A stretch of 64,000 nucleotides of DNA from Glaucostegus cemiculus (taxonomy: Eukaryota): positions 7,688,001 through 7,752,000 of the forward strand of contig CDPCPM010000074.1 of the NCBI GenBank assembly GCA_976551045.1, written 5' to 3'. Both the position numbers and the translations under genes were made by a program. The notes under the pieces were generated by a model. It saw only the letters and a list, made by a program, of their open reading frames with translations, searched no databases and was not told the DNA's origin. The stretch's first letter is position 1. Every line of letters begins with the position of its first letter. This document shows, piece by piece, positions 61,511 through 64,000 of the stretch.

Positions 61511-62109
61511 GTAGGAACAACCATAGAAGAAGGGAGAAGAATATTAATCATCACGGGTAAGGAATTAGATAGCATAAAGCTGTTTATTTCAACACTCCAA
61601 GATTGACAACAGACTTAGCATGGAGTGAAATGCAACAACATGTTATTTTATTTCAATCAGGAAATTCAACTGGGCAATTCCTTGAATGAGTCGAGCTCGT
61701 TGTCTGAGGCCCACCTCATTCCATAATTTGGAGCACCTTGCAGAAGGTCAAGATAAATGGGTCACTTTTGTTTCGACAGTCAGTGACCGGTGCAACATTA
61801 CATGGATCAGTGCTGTAGGGATCTCTGTGAGGGGCACTATAATCTAATCTGCTGATGATACAAAGATAGAAGGGTTAGTAAATTGAGAGGAGGACACATG
61901 TAGCCTGCAAAATGAGGTGGGCATAGATTGGACCCACAGTAACAATGGGGGAAAAATGAATGGAGTCGAAGTAGTCGATCATTTTGTGACAAAAGCAGAC
62001 CCACATGTGGGAAGGTATTGATCGAGGGGGACTGGTTAGGTCCGTGCTGTAACTTTTGTCTGATTAAAAGGAATTATAAAAAATACTTTTTGCATGTTTA
62101 CAAAAAATG

Positions 62110-62390
62110 TATGATAGTATAATGGTTAAATTACTAGATTAGTATACAGAGACTAGGATTATTGACGTGGAGATGTGTTCAAATCTCATCACTACATGTG
62201 TAAAATGTAAATATGTGATTAAATAATTCTGTGACCATGAAACTACTAGATTATAATGAAACATCATTTGGCTCAGTAATGACTATTTAGAGGAAGGAAA
62301 TCTGCTGTCCTTAGATGGTCAGATCTATATGTGATGCTAGACCACAATGTGGTTGACTCTTCTACAGCCCTCTGAAATGGTGAGATCCAT
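62110..62390 (+). mobile_element. S2 SINE
   Basis: tagtataatggtta..ttactagattagta...gtgttcaaatctca...gtgaccatgaaactac...ggaaggaaatctgctgtcctta...aatgtggttgactct...ccctctgaaatgg. Confidence 0.7.
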
Positions 62391-62459
62391 ATCCTAGAAA
62401 AAAAATTCAACGACTCTTTCAACTTCCTTTATTTATTAGTGGAGGAGAGAATTACATTT

Positions 62460-62545
62460 TAAAGAAAACAGAAAATGCTGGAAATAATCAGCAAGTTAAG
62501 CAGGAAGTGAAACAGAGTTCAAGACCCTTGATCCGAGAATTGACT
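62460..62545 (-). mobile_element. Internally deleted Penelope-pLTR-derived element
   Basis: aaacagaaaatgctggaaataatcagcaagtt...gaaacagagttcaagaccctt. Confidence 0.55.
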
Positions 62546-64000
62546 GCATCCCAAAATTGGTGAAGTTGGCAGAACAATTGTCCGCCTGAGGCCTGTCTCT
62601 GTTAAATTCAGGTCTTCAAGACAGATCTGCCACACAGTACAATGCATTGGTTCAGGCCTGACAGATTCCAATCTCTGCTGCTCATAGTTTGTGTGTGTGT
62701 GGTAGGGGAGGGTGAAAGCAAAAACTTGAATTTAATCATATCGTTTTGACCTGTAGCTAGAGGGGCTCCTTATGACTTCACAGGGTTTAACTTGCTAGAT
62801 GTTTCATGGCTCTGTGTTAAGTGGCCATATGCAGCCCTATCAAGGACCATCGATTAGATTCTCAGCTTGCCCATTTGTAACTGAATTTGGCCTCGAGGTT
62901 CTCCAATCAACATTAGACTCCCTCTAGCACAGTAAAACAGTTCTGATTCAGAAGGACGTGCCATTTCCAGGCCTCTTTAACATGTCATCAGGTGGGATTT
63001 GGCCACTCATGAGTTTCTGAGGTGTCCTTCCAGCTACCAGTTTTTCCCCAACTACATTTTAGGCATAAAAAGGATGGCTGAGAGTTAAACATCTTTCATG
63101 TGGCCTGCAAGAATTCAAACAGAATTTGCCCTTGGCAGCTCCCACAGTGGTCTTCCTTGGAATTTTAGTTTCTGTGTTCTATGCAAATATGTAAAGAGCC
63201 AAGCATCTGATGTATAATTCTTTTTGGCACCAGCACATCATTTCCTCCATTACAGTTACCTGGGTTACAAGTATTTTATTTTGTATATGATATTCTACCA
63301 CTTCAGAGCCATTTATTTTTCTTTTTCTTAGCAGTGTGCACTGAGGTTAGTTTGTGCTGAAAACCATTTGATTGCCTGGTATTTTGCTCCTGTTACCTGA
63401 TGGATGGAATTTCACCCAAGACCACCGGCTTTGTCCTTTCTTTTTCACTGGCGCCAGCGCTTCAGGCTTCCTTCATTACCAGGTCCTGGTTTCTCAGCTG
63501 AGTTGAGGGCAAGGAAGTAATAATCTTGGTTGATAACTTCCCCTGTGCTTCAGAATACAGGTCCAAAATGTTTTAATTCCTGAGTCCTATTGAAGTAGTT
63601 GGGTTTTCATTGACACAGTGGGCGATCTGTCCACTTTGAGAGGTCTAGTTAAAGTGGAAATCATCTCACAAATCATTCTGCCAGCAAGATTTGATTGTAG
63701 AAGATGAATGGAGTCTGAGTTGCGAGGAAGGAAGTCTTCAGAAGTCTCCTTATGAGCTGGGTGTGTGCTAGTGATTAGGAGGGTTGCTGGAAAATATTAA
63801 GGTGAGGAAAGATGTTTTCTTTCCATACAAGGAGAGGGGGATATCCAAACACCAAGTGTACCAGGAACTAGGGAGAGACTGCTGCATTTGTCAGTGCCAA
63901 GCAGCATTACCCTCTCCTCCCAAGATGAAGAACAACGATCATTTTATTGCAGGAGGAAAGCTGTCGATAGCACCATTGCTATACATCTTTCACTGTTTGC

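Overview
This is eukaryotic, AT-rich, repeat-dense DNA, probably intergenic or intronic. The repeat set (HE1/V-SINEs, many CR1 LINE families, Rex1, L2, RTE, Tx1, Penelope) points to a cartilaginous fish, probably a ray or shark (inference). I found no recognisable host protein-coding exon, RNA gene or CRISPR array; essentially all long ORFs come from retrotransposons or tandem repeats. Main points of interest: (1) a dispersed family of short Penelope-pLTR-derived elements carrying minimal hammerhead-ribozyme-like cores, one with a perfect 14-bp TSD; (2) a three-layer nest (Rex1 > CR1 > CR1) that produces one uninterrupted 789-codon chimeric endonuclease-RT-RT frame; (3) two solo LTRs of one family in inverted orientation, each with its own 4-bp TSD; (4) a perfect CpG-rich 42-bp minisatellite re-expanded from an older AT-richer satellite; (5) a 29-bp purine-rich array born inside a CR1 ORF2; (6) a Tx1 element apparently re-inserted at the same target site; (7) several template-switch scars. 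Family names come from motif recognition by eye, not database searches. Boundaries of old elements are approximate (tens of bp).
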